The position numbers were made by a program, and so were the translations under genes. 64,000 nt of DNA, taken from NCBI GenBank assembly GCA_004431415.1, contig QPMI01000261.1:1-64000 (forward strand). Direction: 5' to 3'. Under the pieces are notes generated by a model. It was not told where the DNA came from. It ran no database searches and saw only the letters and a list, made by a program, of their open reading frames with translations. Shown here one piece after another: positions 25,701 through 36,849 of the stretch; positions within the stretch are counted from its first letter, which is position 1; every line of letters starts with the position of its first letter. The stretch comes from Cyanophora paradoxa CCMP329 (lineage: Eukaryota > Plantae > Glaucophyta).

Positions 25701-27451
25701 CCGACCGGGCGGCACTCGCGGGGCGGCCGCGGGGCTGCCGGCGGGCGCCCTCCCCGTCTCCCGCGCCGACGTCGCCCTCCTCGTGCGCCGCCGCCGGCCG
25801 GCGCCGGCGCCGGCGCCGGCGCTGAGGGGCGGCAGCTGCTGGCGGACGCGGTGGCGGCGGGGCGGAGCTGCGGGCGCACCTCCCGCCGCCCTCCACGCCG
25901 CCGTCCTCGCCCTCGCCGACCCGCGCCCCGCCGCCCGCACCCCCGCCCGCCGCCTCCTCGCCGCCCTCCTCGAGGCCGCCCCGCCCCCGCAGGCCCGCCA
26001 CGCCCCGCCGCCCCGCCGCCGCCGCCGACGCCGGCGCAGAGGCGGAGGCGGGCGGCAGGGCGGGAGCTGGCGGCGGGGTGCGGGCGGGGCGCTACGACGG
26101 GGCGCAGCTCTTCGCGGAGGGCCCCTGGCGCTCCCGAGGGCGCCGCGGGGCTCCCGCCCTCTGCGCCCCGCCGGGGCGCCTCGGGTCCTCGTCGCGCGCC
26201 TCCTGCGGGCGCTCGGGGCCGGCCTGGGCGGCCGCTGGGCGCACGAGGCGCTCCTCTGGGCCACCGCATGCCCCGACCCGCTGCTCGCCGCCCGCGCCCA
26301 CGCCCTCCTGCGGGCGCTGCGCCCGCCCCCTCGGTCGCCGCGTGCGGGCGCCTGCTGGCGGCCCTCGCCGCGCGCCGCCCTCCACGGCCCCGCCTTCCTC
26401 GACCCCCTCCGCTCCTCCTCGTGCCCCGCCCGCCCCGTCCCGCCGAGCGCGCCTCGGGCCGAGGCGGGGCGGCAGGCGGTGCTGGAGCACGCGCCCGGGG
26501 GCAGCTGGTCCTCTACCCGCAGCTCTTCTGGGCCCCCGCCGCCCTCCTCCACGCCGCCCCGCCCCGACCCCTCCTCCCGCCGCCGCCCTCGCCGCCCTCG
26601 CCCGCTGGCTCGCCGCCGTCGGCCGGCCCTCGCGACGGCGCTGCGGGTGGCGTGGGGCACGGCACCCCGGCTCGAGCCGCCCTTCGCCGGCCTCCTCCCC
26701 GCCGCCTCCCGCGTGCGCCCCGCCGCCCCCCGCCCCCCGCCCCCAGGGGCGAGGCGGCGGGGCGCAGGCGGTGGGGGAGGGAGGACGGAGGGGCCGGCGC
26801 TGGAGCTGCTGGGCGGCCTGGCCCCGCTGCTGGCGGCCGCCGAGGGGGACCCCGCCCTCGCCCGCCTCCTCGACCCCGGCCCCGCCCGCCTGCCCCTCCT
26901 CCTCGCCGCCCTCCTCCCCTGGCTCGCCGCCGCCCCCACGCCCGCCCGCCGCCCCCAGCGGCGCGCCGCGGCGTCCTCGCGCAGGCCTTCGCCGCCGCGG
27001 GGCACGCCGCCCTCGCGCGCGCCCTCGAGGCCTATCCGCTCGCCGGCCCTGATGCCTTCCTCCCCGCCTCGTGCGCCCCGGCTCCGGGCCGGCTGCAGCG
27101 GCCCTCGGCGCCCTGGCGAGCGGGGCGGGGCAGGCGGCGGAGCTGGCGGGCGCCTTCTTTCCGGCGCTCGAGGGGGAGGTCTTCGCGGCCCTCGCCCGGC
27201 CCCTCCGCGCCCCCTCCCGCTCCGGCCCGCCCCCGCCCGCCTCCCGCCGGCCCGGCCCGGCCCTCCGGGGCGGGGTGACGGGGCGCAGGGCTGGGGCGCT
27301 GCGGGCGCTGCGGGCGCTGGTGCCGCACGCGGAGCTGCGGGCCGGGCGGCGGGGCCCCTCGCCCACCCGCCCTCGCCGCCCCGCTCTTCGCCCTCGCCGC
27401 CGCCGCCGCGCGGGAGCCGCCGCTGCGCCCCGACGCCCTCGCCTTCCTCGA

Positions 27452-27482
<31 letters not shown>

Positions 27483-28336
27483 CCGCGCCCGAGCCCGAGC
27501 CCCGCCCGTGCCCCGCCCGCTCCCCGCCCCGCCCCTCCCCTGCAACTTTCTTGCAGAGCGCCGCGGGAGCACGCGGGGCGGCCATCGGCGGGGCCCTCCC
27601 TCGGGCGCCCCCTTCACGCCCGACGCCGACGCCGCCGCGGCCGGCCTGGTGGGCGTCCCCTTGCGCCCCCATGCTCCGCCCCGCCGCCTGACGCGCGCCG
27701 CAGTCGCTGGCCCGTGCGGAGGCGATGCTGCGCGCCGCTGCCGCCGCCTACCCGCCCGAGGAGGCCGCCCCGCCCGCCGGCCGCCCGGCGGCGCCGCGCC
27801 CCCGACGGTGGCCTGGCGGCCGCGGCGGCGGGGCTCGGAGGGGGCGGCCCGCTGGCCCTCGCCGTCGCCGCCGCCCTCCACTCGCGCGCCGCCGCGACCC
27901 TCGCCGCGCGGCCCGCCTCGCGGCCCGCCGCCCGCTTCCCCACCGCGCCGGCCTCCCCGCCGCCCCGACGCCCCTCTCGCCCCGACCCCGCGTCGCAGCG
28001 CGGGGCGCCCGCCCGTCGCCCCGGCGCGCGGGCGGCCGCCGGGTCGCCGGGGGCGGGGAGGCCGGCGGGGGCGCAGAGCGTGCGGCGGCGCCCGTCGGGG
28101 CAGCGGGCCTCCTCGAGCCCGCCGGCGGGGGCGGGGCGCGGGGCGTCGGCGCCGGCCCCGCGGCCGCCGCGCCGCTGACGCCGGCGACGCCACCGACACG
28201 GGGGGCGCGGCCCGGGGTGGAGGAGGAGGAGGACTGGGACGCAGACTTGGGCCTCGAGGCGCCCCGCATCGCCCTCCGCCTCCCGCCCCCGGCCCCCGGC
28301 CCCCGCGCCCCCGGCCCCGACCCCGACTTCTCCTGA
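19785..28336 (+). CDS. Furry/Tao3/MOR2/PAG1-like cell morphogenesis scaffold (HEAT-like); apparent frameshifts in GC homopolymers
   Basis: Segments match Furry-family motifs: EAASGVLGALSR, SLVAVLEAMAGRRLDYPMVHVLPQLFSSDETLSE|ALVVGLTAF (MOR2-PAG1 N-terminal), RWAHEALLWATACPDPLLAARAHALLRALRP, LVLYPQLFW and PPFAGLLP (C-terminal). Ends EEEEDWDADLGL...DFS*. Start and internal exons approximate. Confidence 0.8.
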
Positions 28337-28753
28337 GCGCCGCCAGCCCTCGACGCGGCCCAGCCGCCAGCGCTGCCGTCGCACGAGGGCCGGCCAGAAA
28401 ACCCCTAGGCAGCGCCCTGAAAGGTCACTTTTCTCAAATTAATCAACAAATCCTACGAGCGAGTCTCTATCCTGGAGGCACTAGGAGAACAAAGAGCGAA
28501 AGAGCAGGTCCCTGGAGCAGAGGAGCTTCCGTCAGGGGTGCCCCGGGGGCGGGGGCGGGGGCGCGGAGACGGCAGGAGGCGCTCTTCGCTTCCTGCCGCC
28601 GCGCCTCGAGCGCTGCTGCCGGGGGTGCGCGGTTCGGTTGCCGCCCGTCTCGCGGCCTCCCGCGCCGGCCTCGGAGTGGCTCTCGCGCCGCGCCCGGTGC
28701 GCGCCGTGGCGGACAGCCACGGAGCGCAAGGCGCGGCGCGAGAGCTCCGCTAT

Positions 28754-30831
28754 TCAGACGGCGGCGCTCGTCCTGCTCTCGTCCGCCTCCTCGTCCGCCC
28801 GCTTGCTCACGGGCTTCGTGCTCACCACGTAGTCCAACCGGTTCGTGAACAGCTGCATCGTGTGCGCGTACACCTGCCCCCGCCCTGCGTCAGCGCCGCC
28901 CCGCGCGGCGCCGGCGGGGCAGGGCGGGGCGGGGCGGGGCGGGGCGGGGCGGGGCGGGGCGGGGCGGGGCGGGGCGCGCCTGCGGGACGAAGACGAACAT
29001 CATGCCGGAGGGGAGGAGGGTCGTCCAGTCGATCCGCTGGCTCCACGTCCGGTACGCCTTCGAGCCCGTGGGCGTGTTCTGCACCGCCCACGCGTGGTAC
29101 CGCTCGTAGCAGATCGCGATGACGATCGTCGGGATGACGCAGCCGTTGCGGATCCACTCGCCGACGCGCAGGCACGCCAGCACGAACGGGTCCGTCACGG
29201 GGATGAAGAAGAGGAAGATAACGAGCAGCGTCATGTGCGCCAGCATCAGGTGCATCTGCCGCCCGCCGTCGGCCGGCGCGGCGGCGCGCGGGGGCGGCGG
29301 GGCGGCGGGCGGCACCTCGAAGAGGCGGTGGAAGAGGCCGCAGAGGATCATGAAGGGGGGCTTGACCTTGCGCACGAGGGTCTGCTCGAGGCAGTAGGCG
29401 ATGTCGAGGGAGCCCCAGAGGTGCCGCTTCGCCTGCGTGAAGCGCTGCACGAACGTGTTCACGTACGACGTCCCCGTGACGTTGCAGCACGACGCCGGGC
29501 TGAAGATCGGCTTCACGATCAGCTTCCCCTGCGTCGCGAAGAAGCACTTGAGGTACATGTGCAGGTCCTGCGCGCCGTGTCAGCGGCGGGGGCACAAAGG
29601 AAGGGCGGAGGGGGGCGCACCTCGCCCATAGCCTCCGGACCGGAGTCCCAGAAGCCCACGAAGCGAGCCAGGTCGAGGCTCACGGAGTAGGCCGAGCAGG
29701 GGAACTTGAAGGGCGAGTTCGACGAGAGGTTCGACTGCACGCAGATGCTCCACATGATGTCCGCCAGCCGGTTGATCGCCGGCACCTCCTGCGCGCGCCC
29801 CGGCACTGCCCTCAGCTTCGCGCCCCGTGGGCGGCCAACAGAAGCGGCGCACGTGGCTGTTGCGATCGAAGATCACGGGGGGCGCGAACATCATCTTCTC
29901 GCGCTCCTCCGGGGTGGCGACGCAGAAGTGGTAGGTCACCGCCGCAAAGTAAGCCTCGCCGAACATGATGTCCTGCGAGCGCGCCCGTGAGCCCTCCTCC
30001 AGCAAAGAACGGAAAAGGAAGCCAGCGCACAGCATCGAGGACCGTGACAACCACGTTGCTGCCCTGGAAGCCTTTGGAGGCCTGGCGGACGGCCCAGGAG
30101 ACGTTGGAGGACTTGCCGCGCGCCTCACCAGGGAGGCCGGCGGGGTGCAGGGTGAAAATGATCTCGCGGAACGTGTCCTGGTACAGCTTGATAAGCTGCG
30201 ACGCCTTCTCGAACGCGCCCTGCTCCGCCTCCTCCATGGCAAGCACGATCGAGTACGACTGCCGCGAGCGCGAGTGCGACGCCAGGCAATCCAGCGTCTC
30301 CCGAAGAGTCTCAATCTCTTCCTTGTAGTTCGGGATGACGATCATGTGTTGCACGTCTTCGAAGTCCATGTCCCGGACGTGGCCCTTCTCCTTAGCCTGG
30401 ATGTAGCGGCCGTGCCAGTCCAGCTTCGCATGGCTGATGACTGCCCGATAACTGTGGAAGTAGCCATACGCCATGCGGATGTTGCAAATCGCCAGGCAGA
30501 CGTGGTTGAACATGAAGACAAACGAGAAGATGTAAGGGAAGTGGCTCGGGCCCCAGATCGCTGCACGACGCGGCGTCAGCGCCACGATTAGAGACATTCG
30601 CACGCTAATTAGCATTGAAGGAGTGAACTAAGGGTCTAGACTGTGGGTTCCGCGGCGGGAAAGGCCTCCATGAGTCAGCCGTTGTTCCCGCCGCATGCAA
30701 GCAACGAAGCGCGAACGCAGCGGCGGGGCGTCCGCGGCAAACTCACCAAACGGCAGAAGACTCCATAACAACGTGCCGTGAACACGCTGAAGGAGCCCCT
30801 TCGCCCAGGTGTTGGTTGTGGCAGGAAGCAT
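28754..30831 (-). CDS. Membrane-bound GT2-family glycosyltransferase
   Basis: HMIVIPNYKEEIETLRETLD, HPAGLPGEARGKSSNV, VTVLDA|D (DxD), FWDSGPEAMGE|DLHMYLKCFF, QAKRHLWG (QxxRW-type motif variant); flanking TM helices; TGA at 28754. Confidence 0.9.
28916..28975. repeat. (GGGGC)n microsatellite, about 12 units, inside the last GT2 intron
   Basis: ggggc agggc followed by ten perfect ggggc units; a similar (GCCCC)n run occurs in SPT5 introns (e.g. 3031-3065). Confidence 0.9.
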
Positions 30832-31103
30832 GGATGCGCGCTGCGGCGGGGCGTAAGGGCGCGCGACATCAGCTCCAACCACACACTAAACGCTGCTCCA
30901 GGGCTCAAGAAGCGCACCTTCTATGTTACCGCCCTTTCACCGCCGTGCCTACAGAGCCTGATCCGGCTCTTGCCTTCTCCTACTCTCCTTCTCTATTAGC
31001 CACTCACGCTCGGGGCGGAGGGCGGAGACGCTCGGGCCTGAGGCCGCTGGTCGAAAGTTTTTAGGTGTGTATCCCCCTCAATCGCATCCCCCCCTCCCGT
31101 AAG

Positions 31104-31985
31104 ATGGCCTCCTTCGTCACGCACGTCCCAGCAGCGACCGCCCGGCGTTCCGCGGACGTTGGATTCACGTCCGCGCACTCTCAGCATCGCCTTGCGCCGT
31201 CAGCGCGGCTGGCTCCCGCCCATCGCATCTTGGAGGGCTCCAGCGCTAGCTGGAGATCAACGCGCGTCTTCCGGGCGAAGCACTCAGATGACTCGACCAG
31301 GAGACACGACTGGGGCTTCGTCCCGATCGCCGCGGTCACGGTGATCGTACCGGAAGGTGGGTGGGGCCAGCTGGCCGGCCGATCAACGTAACCGGGTGGC
31401 GCAGGTTTCCCAAAGAGCGATGCATTAATAGCTAAGGTGATCGAGTCTATCAAATTCAACAAGGACGGGCTCGTCCCGGCCATAGCGCAGCAGCACGACA
31501 CCGGCGAGGTGCGCCCTGTGCGCTGACGGAGAACATCCGTGAGCCTGACTCCGCGGAAGGTGCTCATGATGGCCTGGATGAACGCCAAATCGGTCGAGGA
31601 GAGCCTGAAGAAGGGCCGCGTCTGCTACTGGTCCCGCTCGCGGAGCAACTTCTGGCGCAAGGGGGAGTCGTCGGGGCAGGTGCGCCTCCTCGCCGGCGGC
31701 GGCCTCGCGCGGGGCCGAGGCAGCGGGGTAGGTGCAGTACCTGAAGGACCTGCGGGTGGACTGCGACGGGGACACGCTCCTCCTCTCCGTCGATCAGGCG
31801 CGCGCCAGCCCGCCGGGCCGGCCGGGCGGGGGGCGGGGTGGGGGCTCAGGGGCGGGGCGCAGGTGGGTGTGGCGTGCCACACGGGGCGGCGCTCGTGCTT
31901 CTACCTGGGGATCGACGGCGAGGGCTTCGGCGCCGTCGAGCCCGTCGTCGTCGAGCCCGACCAGCTCTACGGCAAGCACGACTAG
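31104..31985 (+). CDS. hisI: Phosphoribosyl-AMP cyclohydrolase, monofunctional, with plastid transit peptide
   Basis: [20 protein letters not shown]|VLMMAWMN...YWSRSR...WRKGESSGQ|[19 protein letters not shown]|[14 protein letters not shown]; stop follows immediately (DQLYGKHD*), so no HisE domain; presequence [16 protein letters not shown]. Confidence 0.95.
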
Positions 31986-32455
31986 CCTCCGCGGCTGAGC
32001 CCGGCCCTCCATTCGCGCGATCTGCTGTAGCCAGTCAAAAGCGCTAGCTGGCTAGTTGATATCGCTTGTCCCGTCAGAATGCTCGACGTCGACTAGCCCG
32101 CCCGGCCCCGCGCCCCCGCCCCTCGCGATTGCGCTGCTCGCACCTCAAGTCACTGAGCTCGAGTGTGCATGTATAGGTATGGCGGATCGCAGATGACACG
32201 TGCGCGCATGCTGTATTACGTATACGTAGCGCACATGCACGTACAGCCCTGCGCGCGCGCGCGTTCAAGGGCCCCGGGCCCGACTCGGCGAGATCCAGAG
32301 CGGCCCTTGCAATCGCAGGAGCCGCGCCCCGATGCGCAAACGCGCTGTACATGCCCCGACAATAAATTAGCAACAATAACTGATACGCTGACTACGCTGA
32401 TCGAAACAGGGACTAGGACTAGAGGGCCCAGATCAAGAGGAGCAGAGAGGGCGGA

Positions 32456-33608
32456 CTAGTGGGCGCAGCGGCCGGGGGCGGGGAGGGCGCCCGAGGTGTG
32501 GCGGGGCCGGATGTCGGCGCGGGCGTCGGAGACGTCGACGAAGCCGGCGGCGGGGGCGACGGCGGGGAGGGCGCCCTCCTCCGACTTGCCGCCGCCCCGC
32601 GACCCCGACGCCGACATCTCCACGTCGCCGCCGTGCGTCTCCTCGTCGTGGAGGCAGTCCTCCTCGCCCACCCGCCCGCACCGCAGGATCCCCAGAACGG
32701 GGTACACCCGCTTCATGATCACTGCGCGCGCCGCGGCTCAGCCCTCGAGGCGGGGGCGTCCGCGCGAGGGCCCCGGCGGCGCGCGCGTGCGCGGGCACAC
32801 CGGCGTGCCCGACGATCGTGCCGGCGATGATGGCTAGGAAGAGCCCCACGTTGAAGGTCATCGCGATGAGCCTGGCAATGGAGAGCCGGTCAGCCGCCGA
32901 ATTCGAAGCTTGATCATGATTGTTTCGTTGTACTAAATCGTGCTGTCTGGTTCAACGGCTTCTATCTCCCTATTGCGGGCAAGCGCATCTGACATCGATA
33001 CGCACATGACCATCAAATCGATTCCGACGTGGCAGCCGTGAAGGACGGAACAGGCACAGAGCGTTAGACAGCTGCAGCCCTTAGCACACGAGCGCTCAAT
33101 CTGCCGCTTGTAGGCGCCTGTGGAGAATCAGCGTACAATCATACACAGAGCTGTGGTCTCCCAGGAGCATACGCACCGAGCGCTTGAGCTATCACAACGA
33201 TAGAAAATGTGAACACCAGAGCGCCGAAGAAGGACGCGGAAGACTTAGTTGTGAAGCCTTTAAATAGCACGGTCACCTGTGCCAAGGTTCGGCAGGCTGC
33301 GGGGAACGGAAAGCGCATGTGCTACGCACGGAATTTGACAAGATGAACGCCGCCGCGCTGTGATCCATCGAGCTTCCTGTCGTCGTTGACATCGAGTGGT
33401 CGTGTGGGGAACTTGCATCAGTTCCGGCCGAGGTGCTCGGGGCGCCCGTGCTGCCAGCGGATGTCGTGTTGACGTGGGCGCTGGTTCCGGCCGCCGCCGA
33501 TGAGGCACTGGTTCCGCTTAACGCATCATCGTGCACTTCTCCGTTGTGTGCAAGGGCCGGGAGCGCCAGCGCGACGACGACGGCGAGGGCCACGAGCGCG
33601 AACCTCAT
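32456..33608 (-). CDS. Ctr-family copper transporter with signal peptide
   Basis: Signal peptide MRFALVALAVVVALALPALA; His/Met ectodomain (HDHSM, SMDHS); TM1 FFGALVFTFSIVVIAQ; TM2 MxxxM in LMVMLIAMTFN followed by GLFLAIIAGTIVG (GxxxG); Cys-rich loop SCAKGCSCLTLCAC. Confidence 0.88.
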
Positions 33609-33942
33609 GGCCAACTGCAAAACGTCCAAAGCCGGTTCCCCGACGCTCGCTTTCCCGACGCCGCACGCCGCGCGCGACGGGTAGCTCAGAGCCGCGCGGC
33701 GCTCAGACCGCGCTCTTCTAATGGGGGTAGGAGCTGCTTTTTTGCGTCACCAGTGTACCCCGCGGTTGTGCCTCATCATCCGTAGCTACAGTGCGCCGGG
33801 CTGCCGATCAGCCGTAGCTAGTTTCCGATCGCTCTAGCCCGTTGATTCAGCGGTAACAGGGCCCGAGCGACTTTGCGCGCGAGCGCGGATTAATACTTTC
33901 CAGCCGCGCGATGGACATGCCGATGATAGCGAGTCCTGGCGC

Positions 33943-36647
33943 ATGTGCGTATGTGCCTCAGCGCGCCCCAACCGCGCCCCTCCCCTCCCCCTCCTTTCCC
34001 CGCGCCGTGCGCATCGGCGGATCGGCGCGCCCGTGACCTCTATGGGCGTGGGCGCGCGGGTAGCCGCACCAGAGGGGTCTATAATTACCTGTTCGTCTAG
34101 TGCGCAGGGTGCATTGCTGATTTCTCCCGCACCCGCAGTCGTCGCGATACATAGCACAAGTCACTTCGAGCCGCTCGATCAACCGCTTCCTTCAGAGAGC
34201 TTTCGTCGCCCCGAACCTCCCCCAGAGACTCCATCCGCGCCATCCCCTGCGCCCGCCACACCGGCGGAGCTCAAGGTAAAGATCAAGCAGATCCACGCAG
34301 ACCCTACCATCTCAGCGCAAGAAAAAGTGCCGGTTTCCCCGCGCTCTCACGCTCACGCGCGCTGAGACTGCACCAGGCACGCAAAGTGCAGATGCTTATG
34401 GCGGGGAAGTGGATGCTCAAGAATGGTGCCTCGCCGCATGCGCCTTTCCTGAATTCTACCGTAAAGCGGATGCACGTGCGCCAGACTATTCGGGATATGA
34501 AAGCCCGGGCACGCCGACCCCAGGCGCGTTCTTTTTTTCCTTTTTCCAGCAACGTAGTTGCGGTTTTCTAGAAGCTCGGTCTGACGCAGACTGCAACGGC
34601 AGGGAGCCCGCGAAGGAGAGCGGACAGCGCGGCCTCGCAGTCGGAGGGGGCGGGGGCGGGGGCGGGGGAGGAGGAGGCGATAACGGAGGAGGAGCGGGCG
34701 GCGACGTACCACACGAGCGGCAACCTCGGGTGCTCGCACTACAGGAGGAACTGCAAGCTGCGCGCCAAGTGCTGCGGCAAGATCTTCTCCTGCCGCTTCT
34801 GCCACGGTCAGCCCGCTCTTCCTCCCCCCGCTCCCCCGCCCCGCCCGACGCGGCTGCGGGGGCCAGACGAGGCGACGGGCCACGCGATGGACCGGTGCGG
34901 GGCGGCGCCGGCCGGCCCTCCCCCCCGGGCGGCGGCCCACGGGGCGGGGCGGGGCGACAGGTACGCCACGGAGGAGATGCTGTGCATGCACTGCAAGACC
35001 CTCCAGCCCATCGCCGCCACGTGCCGCAGGTCCCGCCTCCCCCGCCCCGCCCCGCCCCCGCCTCTGCCTCACCCCGCGCCCCCCCAGCTCCAAGTGCAAG
35101 GGGAAGCAGATGGCGAAATGTGCGCGAATCCTTCCCCCCGCGCCTGCCCCTCCCTCTGACGCGGGGGGCGCTCAGACTACTGCGAGACATGTGCGCGCGG
35201 CCCCGCGCTTCCGAGGGGGGCCCGGGTGGGATGTTGCGGGGTGCTTGCTCCGGTTTCCAACCCACACATCGATCCGGGGCGGTCTCTCGCGTGGCCGCCT
35301 CGGGGGAAACGGTGGGGAGAGCGCCTCGCTGCTCCTACTATGGCCACCGCGCCTCCGATCGCGCGAGCCTCCACGCGGCGAGGAGATCCCCCGCCCCCCG
35401 CCCCCGGCCCCCTTCCCGTCTCCACTCTAGCGCTAGCGCCGCCGCGTGTTCCCCGGGCCTCGCCGGCGGGGCGGGGTGCTGAGAGGCCTCGCGGGGCAGG
35501 CAAGTTCCTGGACGACGACCCCGAGAAGGAGATCTACCACTGCGAGCACTGCAACAGCGCGCCCCGCCCCGCTCCGCCCCGCCCCGCTCGCCAGCCCCGG
35601 CTCACGCGCCCCGCCCGCGCAGTCTGCCGCATCGGGAAGGGACTCGGCATCGACTACTTCCACTGCAACAAGTGGTGCGGGCGGGGCGTGGGGCGGGGCG
35701 GGTGCGCGATGGGTCAAGGCTGAGGTGCGGGACGCAGCAACGCGTGCATGAGCACGTCACTGAGGAACCACCGCTGCGTCGAGCGCTCCCTCGAGAGCGA
35801 CTGCGCGCCCGCCCCCCGCCCTCCCAGCCGGCGGGGCGCTGAGGGCGGGGCAGGCCCGATCTGCCACCACTACATGTTCACGAGCACGACGCCGGTGATG
35901 TTCCTGGCGTGCGGGCACTGCATGCACGTCGCCTGCTTCGAGCAGTACACCATGACCAACTACGTCTGCCCCATCTGCTCAAAGTCCCTCGTCCGCCCCG
36001 CCCCGCCCCGCCGCGCGCCGCGGCGCCTCAGGCTGGTGGGGCAGGGGGACATGAGCGCGTACTTCGCGCGGCTGGACGAGCACCTCGCCCAGGAGCAGAT
36101 GCCCGACGAGTACTCCGACATGCGCAGGTCCCCCCCGCCCCCGCCCCTCCCCGCCCCGCCCCCCGCCACCACGCTCTGGCCCCGTCCCTCGTTCCCAACC
36201 CACACATCGATCCGGGGCGGTCTCTCGCGTGGCCGCCTCGGGGGAAACGGTGGGGAGAGCGCCTCGCTGCTCCTACTATGGCTACCGCGCCTCCGATCGC
36301 GCGAGCCTCCACGCGGCGAGGAGATCCCCCGACCCACGCCCCCCGCCCCGCCACTCTCTTCCCGCCTTTCCCCTCCCCCGCTCTCTTCCCGCCTCCCTCC
36401 TCCTCGGCCTCGCGGGATTGGCGGGGCGTGACGCGGGGGCGGCGGCAGCAACATCTTCTGCAGCGACTGCGAGCAGAAATCGACGGCCAAGTTCCACTTC
36501 ATGTGCGCGGGGCCGGCGCGTGGGGCGGCTCGGGGGGCGGTGGCGGGGCGCCTCAGGCGGGGCGGGCGCAGGTACCACAAGTGCGTGCACTGCGGCTCCT
36601 ACAACACCAAGGTCCTCGGCCACCTCAACGCCCGCGTTGGCTCCTGA
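33943..36647 (+). CDS. CHY zinc finger-CTCHY-RING-zinc ribbon E3 ligase (Pirh2/RCHY1-like; resembles the BRUTUS/HRZ C-terminal half)
   Basis: GCSHYRRNCKLRAKCCGKIFSCRFCH|D, YYCETCKF, YHCEHCN|ICRIGKGLGIDYFHCNKC, CPICHHYMFTS...CGHCMHVACF...CPICSKSL, FCSDC...YHKCVHCGSYNT. Start uncertain (33911-34042). Confidence 0.93.
35253..35393 (+). ncRNA. Intronic structured element, copy 1 (candidate ncRNA, cis-regulatory RNA or MITE)
   Basis: 141 nt inside the 309-nt intron 35191-35499; 139/141 identical to 36191-36331; folds into a long interrupted hairpin. The repeat is certain; RNA function is inferred. Confidence 0.55.
36191..36331 (+). ncRNA. Intronic structured element, copy 2
   Basis: 141 nt inside the 321-nt intron 36128-36448; differs from copy 1 at two positions; flanks unrelated. 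Confidence 0.55.
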
Positions 36648-36849
36648 ACCCCCGCCCCTAGCGCCTCAAGCCCCCCCGCTCCCCACCTCCCCCCTTCCCA
36701 ACTTCTCCTGTATTTACACCTCCCCGTCTCTTTTCTTCCATGCAGTAAGTTCGATTTCTCGTAGGTGGGTCTGGTATACTAATCCAGCATTAGCTGTTGC
36801 CCTGCAACGATGTATCTTGGCACTCATGATCCATGTATTAGTTTAAGCT

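Noticed and set aside
20500-28336. Frameshifts in Furry, the SK channel tail, the DEG tail and the IPT protein as pseudogenes or programmed frameshifting
   Set aside because: They coincide with long G/C homopolymers, so long-read indel errors or unresolved introns are more likely; this cannot be decided without reads.
20971-28848. 2625-aa ORF and the many other long R/P/G/A-rich ORFs on both strands
   Set aside because: Stop codons are rare at this GC content. The frames run through introns and carry real motifs only in patches, so they are not genuine products.
35253-35393. Element as a snoRNA, TPP riboswitch, IRE, SECIS, snRNA, 5S rRNA or HDV/hammerhead ribozyme
   Set aside because: No UGAUGA/CUGA, ANANNA/terminal ACA, CUGAGA, CAGUG loop, AUGA-GA quartet or CUGANGA was found. 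The antisense CTCCTCGC lacks a flanking P3 stem and catalytic CGAA.
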